A stretch of DNA of 64,000 bases from Minisyncoccota bacterium (GTDB taxonomy: Bacteria > Patescibacteriota > Minisyncoccia > Phycocordibacterales > PALSA-1337), in NCBI GenBank assembly GCA_035495115.1, contig DATJGJ010000007.1:3136-67135 (forward strand), given 5' to 3'. How positions within the stretch are numbered: the stretch's first letter is position 1; every line of letters starts with the position of its first letter. The notes beneath the pieces are model-generated. The model had not been told where the DNA came from. It saw only the letters and a program-made list of their open reading frames with translations, and made no database searches. Positions 10,591 through 21,376 of this stretch are shown here, one piece after another. The position numbers and the translations under genes are program-made.

Positions 10591-10643
10591 AAGTACTACA
10601 TCTTATCACTAAAAATGGCGCTCATCTATTGAGCGCCATTTTC

Positions 10644-12035
10644 TTATTTACCAAACTTAATCCCCAACTCCCTCAACTGTTTCTGTTCAACTTCAGCAGG
10701 AGCATCCATCATCGGATCACGTCCTTCGCCAGTCTTTGCAAAAGCGATGATTTCGCGAATATTCGGTTCATTTTGGAGGAGCATCATGAGGCGATCAAAG
10801 CCGAAAGCGAGTCCACCATGAGGAGGCGTGCCAGAAGCGAGCGCCTTGAGCATATGACCGAAGTTATTTTCGATGCGTTCAGGTGCATATCCCATCGTCT
10901 CAAAAACTTTGATGAGCGCCTTTGGATCATGGTTACGGATGCCTCCACCGCCAATCTCATATCCATTGAGGACCATGTCATACTGAGCAGCGACGATGCC
11001 GCCGATATCTTTTCCTGCCATGAGATCGGGGATGAACTCAGGTTTTGGCGCTGAGAAAGGATTGTGTGTAAATGTCCAACCTCCCTCCTCTGTCTTTTCA
11101 AAGAAAGGAAAATCGATAACCCAGCAGAAAGCGAGGAGATTTTGATTTTCTTTATCCTTACGGAGATCAGGCTTATCATTGCCATACTTTTCCATAGCTT
11201 CTTTGTACGAAAGGCGTGGGAATGGCACCTGCTGTATTTCTTTTTCTGGGTAAAGCTTCTTGACCAGCTCGATGATCATCTTTTCATTGATAGCCATGAC
11301 GTCCTCTTGGACAACAAAACTCATCTCCAAGTCGATTTGCGTAAACTCAGGCTGACGATCGCCACGAGTGTCTTCATCACGGAAACAGCGTGCGATCTGG
11401 AAATAGCGCTCGAATCCAGCAGACATGAGGAGCTGTTTGTACTGCTGTGGTGACTGAGGGAGCGCGTAGAACTTCCCTTGGTAGAGGCGTGAAGGGATAA
11501 TGTAGTCGCGAGAACCTTCTGGCGTAGACTTCGTCATATACGGAGTTTCAATCTCCGTAAAATTCTCTCCAGTATAAAATTCGCGAATGAACTGGATGGC
11601 TTTCGAACGGTTGCGTATGTTTTTTTGCATGCGCTCACGACGAAGATCTACATAGCGATATTTGAGACGGACTTCTTCATTGATTTCTTTGCCTTCACTT
11701 GAAATATCAAAAGGAGGCGTCTCAGCTTCATTCAATATAACGATCTCAAGTATCTCGAGCTCTATCGTGCCATTCTGCTTGTCTTTTTGGGCATTTCTCT
11801 CAGGACGCTGATTGATCTTGCCTTTCACCTCGACAACCCACTCTGGACGGAGCTTCGAGCCGACTTCGTGTGCTGCTTTTGCATTTGGAAGGATAACGCC
11901 TTGTACTTTGCCCGTAACATCGCGAAAATCAAAGAAAATCAGCTTGCCCTGGTCTCGGCGGATATCCACCCATCCCTTGATGATAACTTCTTGGCCGATA
12001 TGGTTTGCAAGGTCTTTGATGTATGTTCGAGGCAT
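10644..12035 (-). CDS. aspS: Aspartyl-tRNA synthetase (short, without GAD insertion)
   Basis: OB fold (GWVDIRRDQG); LPQSPQ; CFRDED...DRQPEFTQ; PPHGGLAFGFDR. Confidence 0.92.
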   Translation of the reverse strand: MPRTYIKDLANHIGQEVIIKGWVDIRRDQGKLIFFDFRDVTGKVQGVILPNAKAAHEVGSKLRPEWVVEVKGKINQRPERNAQKDKQNGTIELEILEIVILNEAETPPFDISSEGKEINEEVRLKYRYVDLRRERMQKNIRNRSKAIQFIREFYTGENFTEIETPYMTKSTPEGSRDYIIPSRLYQGKFYALPQSPQQYKQLLMSAGFERYFQIARCFRDEDTRGDRQPEFTQIDLEMSFVVQEDVMAINEKMIIELVKKLYPEKEIQQVPFPRLSYKEAMEKYGNDKPDLRKDKENQNLLAFCWVIDFPFFEKTEEGGWTFTHNPFSAPKPEFIPDLMAGKDIGGIVAAQYDMVLNGYEIGGGGIRNHDPKALIKVFETMGYAPERIENNFGHMLKALASGTPPHGGLAFGFDRLMMLLQNEPNIREIIAFAKTGEGRDPMMDAPAEVEQKQLRELGIKFGK

Positions 12036-12042
12036 ATAGTAT

Positions 12043-12067
12043 GTAATAATTGAGTCAATTAAACGTC
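12043..12067 (+). promoter_or_regulatory. Putative ECF-sigma promoter GTAA-N17-CGTC
   Basis: GTAATAattgagtcaattaAACGTC upstream of 12147; same motif at four other sites. Confidence 0.6.
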
Positions 12068-12146
12068 TCTAGAGTATAGATTGAATAATCTGAACAATCA
12101 AGCTACACTTATTGTAGCGAGTTATTAATTAACCAATTTCTATTTT

Positions 12147-12896
12147 ATGAAAAATAAACATTTAGCTCTATTACTTACCGCACTCATCATCACTGGGGGC
12201 TCATCGATTGTATCTGCAAAAGGCGCTTCCGCTGCTCTTGATACGAGTGTCGCTGTTGGCGATGGTATCAAAGTCACAGGTATCAATGTAAATGCTGACG
12301 CAAACGTAAAAGTTAATGCTGATGCTCAGATGGAGACAGACGACAGATACGGAGCACGCGCATCGGCCTCAAACTCAACAAGCGCAAATGCAACCGGTAC
12401 ATGGATGAGAAATAACAACGATGATTCAGCTTCAACTTCTGATAATGACAATAACAGTGACAACGACAACAATCGTTCATCTGGAGATGAACACCGCAGT
12501 GTTGTTGCGACTTTTGTCCACTCACTTCTAGATGTCGCTGACCGTGAAGGCGGTATCGGCGCTCAAGTACGCGCGATAGCTATGACTCAAAATAACGCTG
12601 CCACAACGACAGCTTCTGCGATGGCACAGGTAGACAGCCGCAGTAGTCTCAAGACCTTCTTGTTCGGTACAGATTACAAGAATATCGGCAAGATCCGTGC
12701 TGAAATCGCTACAACTACAAAGACTCTCGAACAATTGAAGGCGCTTCTCGCAAGCACTACAAATGTTTCAGACCGGGCAGAACTCAGTGCTCAGATCAAT
12801 GCTCTCCAAGCAGAACAAGTACGTGTACAAGCGTATGTAAAAGCACATGAAGATACATTCAGTCTCTTCGGTTGGCTCAACAAGTTGTTCCAATAA
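12147..12896 (+). CDS. Hypothetical secreted protein
   Basis: Signal peptide; Asn/Asp-rich linker; helical C-terminus ending FSLFGWLNKLF. Confidence 0.75.
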   Translation: MKNKHLALLLTALIITGGSSIVSAKGASAALDTSVAVGDGIKVTGINVNADANVKVNADAQMETDDRYGARASASNSTSANATGTWMRNNNDDSASTSDNDNNSDNDNNRSSGDEHRSVVATFVHSLLDVADREGGIGAQVRAIAMTQNNAATTTASAMAQVDSRSSLKTFLFGTDYKNIGKIRAEIATTTKTLEQLKALLASTTNVSDRAELSAQINALQAEQVRVQAYVKAHEDTFSLFGWLNKLFQ

Positions 12897-12926
12897 GCTT
12901 TAACAGCTTTCATTCGCGAACGTAGA

Positions 12927-12965
12927 TAAACAAAAAACGCCTCATAAAGAGGTGTTTTTTGTTTA
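12927..12965. terminator. Bidirectional intrinsic terminator
   Basis: TAAACAAAAAACGCCTC-ataaa-GAGGTGTTTTTTGTTTA. Confidence 0.8.
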
Positions 12966-12974
12966 ATTGATGTT

Positions 12975-15278
12975 CTATTTAAGTTTTTTGGTTTTAAGTC
13001 GAAGAGAGTTTGTAACTACTGAGACGCTGCTGCCTGCCATAGCAAGTCCAGCGAATATTGGATTGAGTACAATCCCCCAGATCGGATACAGAAGCCCGGC
13101 TGCTATCGGTATACCAATAACATTATAGATAAATGCCCAAAATAGGTTCTGCTTCACCGTCTTCATGGTCGCGCGCGATAGCTCAAACGCTTGAGAGAGC
13201 TTGCTAATATCCCCATGGAGCAAAGTTATGCCCGCCGACTCAATCGCAATGTCTGTTCCAGTGGCCATTGCGATACCTACATCTGCTTGCACGAGCGCTG
13301 GCGCATCGTTAATACCATCGCCAGCCATAGCAACTTTTCTGCCTTCGTCTTGAAGTGCTTTGATCTTCCCAGCTTTTTCTGCTGGCAAAACTTCCGCGAT
13401 GACCGTATCAATACCTGCTTGTTTGGCAATATATTGAGCGGCGAGATGGTTGTCACCTGTGAGCATGACGACTTTGATTCCTCTTTTGTTGAGCTTTGCT
13501 ATTGCCTCTACCGCTTCAGTCTTCAACGTATCGCTCAAAGCAATGAGTCCGACAATCTCTTTATCGACTTCAACCACAACAACGGTCTTGCCCTGCTCTT
13601 GAAGCGCTTTTAGTTTATCAATGTGTGAGGACTCGCTTCTACCTGGCTTATGGATATATATTTCTTGATTTCCAAAAGTTGCCTTCACACCAACCCCATC
13701 CAAAGCGACGAAATTTACCGCCTTCTCGATTGTGATTTTTCTTTCAAGCGCCTTGGCGACGATCGATTCTGCTAATGGGTGCTCTGAGAGCTTTTCTATG
13801 CTGGCAGTGACTTGGAGCAGACGAGATTCATCCCACGCTACATTAAGAATAATAATATCCGTCACCTCAGGTTTTCCTTTTGTGATTGTTCCTGTTTTAT
13901 CGAGAACGATAGTATCTACTTTGCTCAGCTTCTCGAGGGCCTCAGCGTTCTTTATCAAAATGCCATACTCAGCCCCTTTGCCGACCCCAACGATAATAGC
14001 AGTCGGTGTAGCGAGACCGAGCGCACACGGGCAAGCGATAACGAGTATGCCGACAAATGAGAGGATGCCGTATGATAATGCCACAGAAAAACCGAGAACG
14101 GCCGTACCAACGGTTAGCCAGACGAGTAGCGTAAGCAGCGCTATGCCGAGAACAACCGGCACAAATATGCTCGAGATCTTGTCAGCAAGCGCTTGAATGG
14201 GCGCTTTTGAGCCTTGAGCCTCCTCAACCATGCGTATGATCTGAGACAAGACCGTGTCAGACCCGATCTTAATTGCGCTCAATCGGATATTTCCTTGTTT
14301 ATTGATTGTTGCACCAACAACAAGATCGCCAGCTTTCTTATCGACAGGTATCGGTTCGCCAGTGATCATAGATTCATCGATTGATGACAATCCTTCTATG
14401 ATCTTTCCATCTACAGGAATCTTTGCCCCAGGTCTAACGATGATGATATCGCCAATCTTAACTTCGCTTACAGGTATCTCTTGCTCGACACCGTCTCTAA
14501 AAACAAGAGCTGTTTTTGCCTGCAATCCAATGAGCTTTTCTATCGCTTCGCCTGTATGTAATTTTGAACGTGCTTCGAGATATTTGCCGAATATGACAAA
14601 GCCTATAACAACGATAGTCACATCAAAATAGGTGTATTCAGGTAAATTCAGTGCCAGACGAACTTGTGGCAACAAAGTGATAATGACACTATAGCTATAT
14701 GCTGTGAGCGTGCCTATACCAATCAGTGTATCCATATTGGCTACGCGGTACTTTATGAAGCGAACCACACCCTGTAAGAACGGCTGACCGATCCAGAACA
14801 TGACAACGGTGGCGAGCACGAGGCCGAAGGCATTAAATATTTCCATTGAAATCGGAAGCTTCGGTATGAATGAGAGCGTCTTTGAACCTATATCCCAAAG
14901 CATAAAGATAAATACAATAAGTGCAACTGGCAGCACGAATCTGATCTTATTTTTCATGCGGGTAAGTTCCTGTATCTTTTCATCTTTTGTTTGATTCAAG
15001 CCAAGGTGCTTGGCATGGTCTTCCGGAGACATATTCATCGACTCAGCGGTCGACCCATGTGGCGCTGAGCTATCAGCGAACTCATACCCAAGCTTTTTAA
15101 TCTCAACGTTCATTTTTTGGACATCGACTTTGTCTTGGTCGAACTCTAGTTGCACCTTTTCTGTTGCAACATTCACGTTTACTGATTTAATACCATCAAG
15201 CTTTGATATCTTTTGGGTTATGATCGCGGCACAGCTTGCACAATGCATTCCTATAACTTGTAGTGTTTTTTTAATCAT
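12975..15278 (-). CDS. copA: Copper-translocating P1B-type ATPase
   Basis: [41 protein letters not shown] and MAGSS Cu(I) motifs. Confidence 0.95.
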   Translation of the reverse strand: MIKKTLQVIGMHCASCAAIITQKISKLDGIKSVNVNVATEKVQLEFDQDKVDVQKMNVEIKKLGYEFADSSAPHGSTAESMNMSPEDHAKHLGLNQTKDEKIQELTRMKNKIRFVLPVALIVFIFMLWDIGSKTLSFIPKLPISMEIFNAFGLVLATVVMFWIGQPFLQGVVRFIKYRVANMDTLIGIGTLTAYSYSVIITLLPQVRLALNLPEYTYFDVTIVVIGFVIFGKYLEARSKLHTGEAIEKLIGLQAKTALVFRDGVEQEIPVSEVKIGDIIIVRPGAKIPVDGKIIEGLSSIDESMITGEPIPVDKKAGDLVVGATINKQGNIRLSAIKIGSDTVLSQIIRMVEEAQGSKAPIQALADKISSIFVPVVLGIALLTLLVWLTVGTAVLGFSVALSYGILSFVGILVIACPCALGLATPTAIIVGVGKGAEYGILIKNAEALEKLSKVDTIVLDKTGTITKGKPEVTDIIILNVAWDESRLLQVTASIEKLSEHPLAESIVAKALERKITIEKAVNFVALDGVGVKATFGNQEIYIHKPGRSESSHIDKLKALQEQGKTVVVVEVDKEIVGLIALSDTLKTEAVEAIAKLNKRGIKVVMLTGDNHLAAQYIAKQAGIDTVIAEVLPAEKAGKIKALQDEGRKVAMAGDGINDAPALVQADVGIAMATGTDIAIESAGITLLHGDISKLSQAFELSRATMKTVKQNLFWAFIYNVIGIPIAAGLLYPIWGIVLNPIFAGLAMAGSSVSVVTNSLRLKTKKLK

Positions 15279-15296
15279 ATTTTTATAGTCAGATAA

Positions 15297-16667
15297 TTAA
15301 TCGATAACATTGAAAACACCTCTATACATGCCCATCGAGCAGGTAAAGCGCATTTGTCCGGTCTGCGTCGGTGTAAACTCGATGGTGTTCTCTCCAAGCT
15401 TGAGGGGCTGAGCAATATTTGCAGACGGCATAGAGATATACGCAGCGCAAGTGAACTGGCTTTCACTAGTGATTTTCCATACGACTGGTATGCCCTTTTT
15501 TATCGTGAACTGATTTGGGCTGTAGCCGGCTATTTGTTGAGTCATGTAGACCATCTGCTTACCATTTACGATTTCAACAGGTTTTTTTGAAGAACCGCCG
15601 ACGCTCTCCGCGATCGACCCGAATGAAGGCAGCGAAGGCAATGACCAGCCAGTCAGATTGAAGCCAGTAGTCATATTGAAGAATGCGAGCACAATAACGA
15701 CGATGCCTGCGAACTTGAAGAAATGACGCGCGAAGCTGCCACGGATAGCCGAGGTGAGCCCGCCAATGCCTATGATGCCCGGTAGCGTCCCGAGAGCGAA
15801 TAATCCCATTATCAGCGCCCCTTGGGCGAAGCTGCCTGTGCTGATAGCATAGAGCTGCATCGCCTGCGTAAAGCCGCACGGGACGAAAAATGTCAAAGCT
15901 CCCGTGATGAATGATCCGCGATGGCTATATTCTTTCGTACCTGTATTCAAGCCGAAAAATGCTGCGATGCTTTTCGGCAGAACTAGTCCCTTATTTTGAA
16001 GCCGAGGAAATATCTCGATCAATTTGAGCCCGAGGATGAGCATAACGAATCCCAATATCATCGTTAGGGTGCCGAGCACTGGCGAGGAAAGCTTGAATGC
16101 GGACCCCAATATGCCGATAAGGCCGCCGAGCAGCGCATACGAAACCAACCTTCCTAGATTAAAGAATATATGAGGTCGAAACTTTTCTCCTGTTGTAGCG
16201 TCTGGGTGCAGCTCAGCGTGTCGTGATGATATGCCGAGCACAAGTCCGCCAATGAGTGCCATACATGTCGAGATGCCTGCCGTAAGCCCGATAAGAAGCA
16301 CGCCGACAAGCCCTGGCGTTCCGTCCAAATTTAGATTTAGATCAAACACGCCGAACGTTCGCAAGATTATATATGAAAGGAATACAAGGCATCCTGCGAC
16401 TGCCAGCTCAGCGTAGTCTTTTGCATTCCTTGAGAAAAAATGTTTTTTATCTTCGATTCCGAGCGTATATCCGGCATTATTGATGGCCTTTTCTATATCA
16501 CGCATATGTGGCTCATCGCCAAAATACTCGATCTCAGTAGTACCTTTCTTGTAATGTGTTGCAACTTTTTTTATTCCATGAACTTCACCTATACTCTGGT
16601 CGAGAATAATCTCACATGAACGACAATGCATCCCTTTGATTTGTAATACGATTTTTTTGTGCGCCAT
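15297..16667 (-). CDS. HMA + DsbD_2/TauE-like membrane domain + cupredoxin fusion protein
   Basis: GMHCRSC; STCMALIGG; VPCGFTQ; C-terminal FTCSMGMYRG. Confidence 0.85.
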   Translation of the reverse strand: MAHKKIVLQIKGMHCRSCEIILDQSIGEVHGIKKVATHYKKGTTEIEYFGDEPHMRDIEKAINNAGYTLGIEDKKHFFSRNAKDYAELAVAGCLVFLSYIILRTFGVFDLNLNLDGTPGLVGVLLIGLTAGISTCMALIGGLVLGISSRHAELHPDATTGEKFRPHIFFNLGRLVSYALLGGLIGILGSAFKLSSPVLGTLTMILGFVMLILGLKLIEIFPRLQNKGLVLPKSIAAFFGLNTGTKEYSHRGSFITGALTFFVPCGFTQAMQLYAISTGSFAQGALIMGLFALGTLPGIIGIGGLTSAIRGSFARHFFKFAGIVVIVLAFFNMTTGFNLTGWSLPSLPSFGSIAESVGGSSKKPVEIVNGKQMVYMTQQIAGYSPNQFTIKKGIPVVWKITSESQFTCAAYISMPSANIAQPLKLGENTIEFTPTQTGQMRFTCSMGMYRGVFNVID

Positions 16668-16678
16668 GGGTATATGAT

Positions 16679-16945
16679 TTACTTTTGAGCTAACTTATAA
16701 ATCTTAAGTATCTCTGCAACAGCCTTTTTTTCTTCACCACTATTGATCTGCTCAGTTACGTGGGTTTCAAGGTGATTTTGTAAGATCAAATTTCCGACGC
16801 CTGAAAGCGCCTCGCGGACCGCTTCGACCTGTGTGATAATGTCAACGCAATATTTTTCCTGTTCGACCATGTCTTGGATACCCCGAACTTGCCCAGCAAC
16901 TATGGAAAGCCGGCGTTTTGCTGAATTTTTAATATCAATTTTCAT
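16679..16945 (-). CDS. csoR: CsoR/RcnR family metal-sensing repressor
   Basis: RRLSIVAGQVRGIQDM...YCVDIITQ...HLETHV. Confidence 0.88.
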   Translation of the reverse strand: MKIDIKNSAKRRLSIVAGQVRGIQDMVEQEKYCVDIITQVEAVREALSGVGNLILQNHLETHVTEQINSGEEKKAVAEILKIYKLAQK

Positions 16946-16949
16946 AAGG

Positions 16950-16976
16950 GTAGTATACCCCTAGGGGGTATACTAC
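16950..16976. promoter_or_regulatory. CsoR operator overlapping the csoR promoter
   Basis: Palindrome GTAGTATACCCC-tag-GGGGTATACTAC with the C/G tracts typical of CsoR sites; lies between TTGACG and TATACT on the minus strand. Confidence 0.85.
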
Positions 16977-17027
16977 GTCAAGTGCAAAAAACAGGTATAG
17001 AAAAACACCAAAACGACCTGTTACGTT

Positions 17028-18035
17028 TTATTTGTCGCTATTGTCATTCCCCCTATTTATATTTTTTAGCTTCCCCAGCTCGAGCCCGCGATCGATTGAG
17101 ATAGATGCCTCTTGAGCCTTTTTCTCTGACACATTGATTAGCACATCAGCTGCTGCATCATTATGTTTTGAATAGCTATCTTCTGCTTGATTGAGATTGC
17201 TTTGAGCATTTTGGATCGATGTTGAAGCCGTATTCAAGATATCGCGCTCAAAGGAGTCATTTGAAGCGTGGATCTGTATATTAGCTTGTATCTTTTGATC
17301 TGTTTCTTGTATCACCTTCTGAACCTTATTTTTCCTTTCAGGAAATTCGTTTTTACCAGTATTCAACGGAATAATGACTTTTACAGATGTGGTAGAAGAG
17401 TCAGCATTATCTTCGTTGTTACCAAGCTTATCTTTGCTCTGATTGATTGCATGCTCAATGTCTGCAATATGGGACTTCTGGTCGTTTGAAGAATGGTCTT
17501 TTATAGACTGCAAGACAGTAGCATGAGCCGCGAGTGTTATGTCCAATTGATCTTTGTTTCTATGAGAAAGGCTTGTATTCAACGCACGAACTTGCACATC
17601 CACCGCCTCGCCCAAATCGCTCGCAGTTGTGCTTGCAAGTCGTCCCTGCACCGCCAAGGTCTCCGCCTCTTTAAGTCTCTCTTCTACTTGAGCGACTTGA
17701 ATTTTTTGTCTTTCTTCAGCATTGAGAGCTAAAGCAACTTTGATGGGCTCTGAAACATGTATTTTTACGGGATACAGCACATCACCCGGCAATGCTGATT
17801 CGCTTGCGAACACAGTTGTGCCTCCAGCGAGGAGCATAATCAAAAAGCTCGCTAGAACGTATGACAATGGTCTATTGAAATGGCGCGTCCAAATAGAGAT
17901 AGAGTATGGACTTTTGACTGATGGATTTGAATCAGCGTACCAGTTGAGCACATCGAAAAGCGTCGCCTTTTCTTTTGGAGTAAGGGAAATTTTTTTAATA
18001 TCTTCTATTGTATTTTTAATAGTATTGTCTTTCAT
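17028..18035 (-). CDS. Putative anti-sigma factor, DUF5667-like single-TM protein
   Basis: ALPGDVLYPVKI..E and ERLKEA motifs after a TM; directly downstream of an ECF sigma. Confidence 0.7.
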   Translation of the reverse strand: MKDNTIKNTIEDIKKISLTPKEKATLFDVLNWYADSNPSVKSPYSISIWTRHFNRPLSYVLASFLIMLLAGGTTVFASESALPGDVLYPVKIHVSEPIKVALALNAEERQKIQVAQVEERLKEAETLAVQGRLASTTASDLGEAVDVQVRALNTSLSHRNKDQLDITLAAHATVLQSIKDHSSNDQKSHIADIEHAINQSKDKLGNNEDNADSSTTSVKVIIPLNTGKNEFPERKNKVQKVIQETDQKIQANIQIHASNDSFERDILNTASTSIQNAQSNLNQAEDSYSKHNDAAADVLINVSEKKAQEASISIDRGLELGKLKNINRGNDNSDK

Positions 18036-18040
18036 GTGAT

Positions 18041-18571
18041 TTATTCTCGTGGTATATCGTACCCGGTCATCTTCCGTAATTCCTCAAGTGCTCTAAATAT
18101 ACGAACGGACACAGCATTTTCTTGGATATTAAGGATTTGTGCTATCTCTTTTGGTTTCAAATCTTCAATATATTTAAAATAAAGAACTTGCTGCGAGGTG
18201 TGCGGGAGAGATTTGATCTTATCGAGCAAGAACCGACTTTCTGTGTTCATCTCGAGCGCCCCCTTAGCATTATCTTCTACAAGAGCAAACTCTTCAGGGT
18301 CTTCGTTGTCTTCCTGAAGCTCTTCGAGCGAAATGGCTTTTTTCTTTCTATACCAATCAATGATGCTGTTGCGAGCTATAGTGAAAAGGAATGCCTTATC
18401 ATTCAAGACACTTGTCCCTTTGATCAAACTATCCCAATAGCGCATAAATACATCTTGCGTGATATCTATAGCCACATTTCGGTCAGACACTCGTAAAAAA
18501 CAGAATCGAAATATCGAATCCGAATGCTCGTTATATACTTTTACAAATCGGTCTTTCACTCGAGTGTTCAT
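18041..18571 (-). CDS. ECF-family RNA polymerase sigma factor
   Basis: Region 2 (DITQDVF...LFTIARNSIIDWYRK) and region 4 (KEIAQIL...VSVRIFRA). Confidence 0.92.
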   Translation of the reverse strand: MNTRVKDRFVKVYNEHSDSIFRFCFLRVSDRNVAIDITQDVFMRYWDSLIKGTSVLNDKAFLFTIARNSIIDWYRKKKAISLEELQEDNEDPEEFALVEDNAKGALEMNTESRFLLDKIKSLPHTSQQVLYFKYIEDLKPKEIAQILNIQENAVSVRIFRALEELRKMTGYDIPRE

Positions 18572-18578
18572 TGATTAA

Positions 18579-18603
18579 GACGTACCAATAAGCGAAATCT
18601 TAC
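18579..18603 (-). promoter_or_regulatory. Putative autoregulatory ECF promoter
   Basis: Minus strand GTAAGAtttcgcttattggTACGTC, 7 nt upstream of the sigma ATG. Confidence 0.7.
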
Positions 18604-18680
18604 CTCTGATTCGGTCATAAAAACCCTTACAAATCATCAGTGATAACCCAATGATACAACGCATAAAGATGTATGTCTAG

Positions 18681-18705
18681 GTAATATACGGCTATACTCA
18701 ACGTC
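18681..18705 (+). promoter_or_regulatory. Putative ECF promoter
   Basis: GTAATAtacggctatactcAACGTC upstream of the FN3 protein gene. Confidence 0.65.
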
Positions 18706-18781
18706 ACCCTTGGTGTGAGAAAAGGTCGCATGGTACATAATGATGTACCTTTTATTAACCCTAATATCAATAATCAAAAAT

Positions 18782-20086
18782 ATGAAATTTTATTCAAAAG
18801 TAATCACCTTCACGAGCAGCGTTGCTCTGGTCGCATCTCTCGCTTTGTCGCCAATCTTTGCATATGCAAAAGATAATGGTAAAGGCAATAACGACAATGA
18901 GAACAGAGGTCCAAAATCTACGTTGAGCGTACAGCAGAATGTACAAAGCTCTACATCAGCAAAAGTAGAAAAGGACGAGCAGGATAACGATAACGACAAT
19001 CAGAAATCAAACGATACTGGTTGTTTGCGCGCGTTCGGACACCTTATCGCCCCTGGTTGGATCAAGCATAACGGACAGCTCTCTATCGGAAGCGAATGTA
19101 ATCTTCCTTTCGGTATTGGCCAGAAGTTCGGTGGAGACCACCCTACCACCACTCCGCCAGTAGTCGATACTACGGCTCCTATTATCAGCTCATTCACCAT
19201 CAACCCACTTGTGAATAGTGCAATCGTTCATTGGACAACTAATGAGCGCTCAAACAGCACCGTGTTCTACAGCACCACGAACCCAGTTGACGTGAATGCG
19301 AGCGGCACTATGTCAGTATCGCTCAGTCCTCTTGTCATGAATCACTGGATAACCCTCAAATCGCTCGCTTCAAGCACGACATACTATGTTGTCGTTCGTT
19401 CAAGTGACGCTTCGGGCAATACAGCGACATCATCGCAGGCATCATTCACAACTCTCGCTTCAGCAGGAACAACTGACACCAAAGCGCCTGTTATCAGTAA
19501 TATCGTATCGGTTACTGGAACTACGAGTGCACAGATCGGTTGGGTGACAGATGAGTACGCAACATCAAAAGTGTACTACTCAAGCTCATCAACAATTGAT
19601 GTAACGTCAGCAAGCACAACGTTTGTTGAGAAGACATCTCTTGATAAAAACCACCTGGTAAGCATCACCGGACTAAACGCAAGCAGTACATACTACTTCA
19701 TCGTTGAATCAGCAGATGCTTCAGGAAATACATCACGATCAGCCGTATTTTCTGCAACGACTGGCGCGATAGTGCCTGTGGTTGATACAACAGCCCCAGT
19801 CATTTCAAGCGCCCTCGCAGTAGTTGGCAGCACATCAGTGCAGCTCTCATGGAATACAAATGAGAATGCTACAACGAAAGCCTACTACGCTACATCAACT
19901 CCCGTTAATGTAAATGCAAGTACGACAGCATTCGTTGAAAGCACTGCACTTACGACAGTTCACGCACTTCCTGTCACTGGCCTCGCTACAAGTACACAAT
20001 ATTACATGGTACTTGAGTCAAAGGACGCATCAGGAAACACGAGTCGTTCAGCTGAATTCACCTTTACAACATCTTCGGGTTTGTAA
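18782..20086 (+). CDS. Secreted protein with three fibronectin-III-like repeats
   Basis: Signal peptide; three DTxAPxIS...W.T.E...L...T.YY...S.DASGN repeats. Confidence 0.85.
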   Translation: MKFYSKVITFTSSVALVASLALSPIFAYAKDNGKGNNDNENRGPKSTLSVQQNVQSSTSAKVEKDEQDNDNDNQKSNDTGCLRAFGHLIAPGWIKHNGQLSIGSECNLPFGIGQKFGGDHPTTTPPVVDTTAPIISSFTINPLVNSAIVHWTTNERSNSTVFYSTTNPVDVNASGTMSVSLSPLVMNHWITLKSLASSTTYYVVVRSSDASGNTATSSQASFTTLASAGTTDTKAPVISNIVSVTGTTSAQIGWVTDEYATSKVYYSSSSTIDVTSASTTFVEKTSLDKNHLVSITGLNASSTYYFIVESADASGNTSRSAVFSATTGAIVPVVDTTAPVISSALAVVGSTSVQLSWNTNENATTKAYYATSTPVNVNASTTAFVESTALTTVHALPVTGLATSTQYYMVLESKDASGNTSRSAEFTFTTSSGL

Positions 20087-20125
20087 TAGTGATTCGCGGT
20101 ACGCGGTACACAACTAAATAATGAG

Positions 20126-20156
20126 ACTAAAAGCCCTTTACTAAAGGGCTTTTAGT
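20126..20156. terminator. Intrinsic terminator
   Basis: ACTAAAAGCCCTTTA-c-TAAAGGGCTTTTAGT. Confidence 0.75.
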
Positions 20157-20229
20157 GTTGTTGACTATATATATAAAATATGTTACTTTGCAAAAGAACG
20201 CTCACAAACTTTAACCAAAGGAATGATCT

Positions 20230-20790
20230 ATGATAACTATTGCGAATGGACATGAACTCGTAAGCGCCAGGCTTACACCGCTGACTAACCTGAAACCCCT
20301 CACTCACCCATACTCGATCGAGCATCTTGAGCGAGTCCAACAACCCATACACGAGTTTACCTACCCTGATAAACATCCCATTGATCTCCACGTAGTCAAC
20401 GCACCGCACTATACAATCACATTCACTGCCGGCGGTCATCGCAAGACATCTGGCACAGTGTGTATCAACTTCCTGTCTAGCTTGCACTCGTTTATCGGAC
20501 CAGAACCGCACCGCCAATTGACCAAGCTCAGAATCATCTCAGCTTCATACCGCAACTTAGATGATGTTCTGTTACCGTTAGTTTTCTTTGAATTCGAACG
20601 GCCAGGCGGTTGCGTCATCTCAGGCGAGACTGTGAGTTCTGTTAATGGTGGGCAAGGCGAAATGGAACTACTGAAAGGCATCTTCGACAGGCTCTCGCGC
20701 ATGTTCGGCGTCCGCATTCAGGAGGTCACCGCCGGAACTCCCATTAACCTCGATGAACTTTACATGAAGAGGCCGTTGATGGCAGTCTAA
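20230..20790 (+). CDS. Hypothetical protein (orphan)
   Basis: Own TTGACT-N17-TACTTT promoter, AAGGA SD-like site and downstream hairpin. Confidence 0.6.
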   Translation: MITIANGHELVSARLTPLTNLKPLTHPYSIEHLERVQQPIHEFTYPDKHPIDLHVVNAPHYTITFTAGGHRKTSGTVCINFLSSLHSFIGPEPHRQLTKLRIISASYRNLDDVLLPLVFFEFERPGGCVISGETVSSVNGGQGEMELLKGIFDRLSRMFGVRIQEVTAGTPINLDELYMKRPLMAV

Positions 20791-20904
20791 CTGCCCCCCC
20801 CTATCCCCACCTTTACCGGCGGGGATTTTTATATTTCAATCCCGAATATATAAAAATGCAGGCAAAGAAAAAACGCCCTGTTACGGACGTTCTTTCTTTT
20901 CCTA

Positions 20905-21279
20905 TTAACGATGAACGCTAGCCAAGAGAGCCATCCAGCCATTTGTCGTAAATACCTGAGCCATCTTCATGCGCGTAATCGGGCCATAGTATCCTGTAGG
21001 CATTACTCCTATCGATGCCTGATAGCTTGAGAGAGCGGCCTTGGTTAATGGGCCAAAGTATCCGAATGGCACACCAACTGGCATGACGAGATATCCCTGT
21101 TCGCCCAACAATCCTTGTAGATCAGCAACATCGTCTCCACGTGAACCAACAGTCAAATCACGGCCAGTGAGAGTCGAGATCGCTGAAGCAAAAGCGCTGT
21201 GCGGCATTGAATACAATGCGATTCCTGATGTGAGCACAAGGGTCAAGACACTGCCAAATACGATTTTTTTAAAGGTCAT
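20905..21279 (-). CDS. Secreted peptidoglycan-binding domain protein
   Basis: Signal peptide; L..GSRGDDVADLQ...GYFGPLTKAAL..YQ...TGYYGPITR. Confidence 0.85.
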   Translation of the reverse strand: MTFKKIVFGSVLTLVLTSGIALYSMPHSAFASAISTLTGRDLTVGSRGDDVADLQGLLGEQGYLVMPVGVPFGYFGPLTKAALSSYQASIGVMPTGYYGPITRMKMAQVFTTNGWMALLASVHR

Positions 21280-21341
21280 GGTAGTTATTATTAGTACTAA
21301 TAATATAATAGGATTCGACCAAGTTCCTATCATCTACTAGT

Positions 21342-21367
21342 GACGTATTAAAACACGATTTTATTAC
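21342..21367 (-). promoter_or_regulatory. Putative ECF promoter (18-nt spacer)
   Basis: Minus strand GTAATAaaatcgtgttttaaTACGTC. Confidence 0.55.
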
Positions 21368-21376
21368 GCTTTTTTA

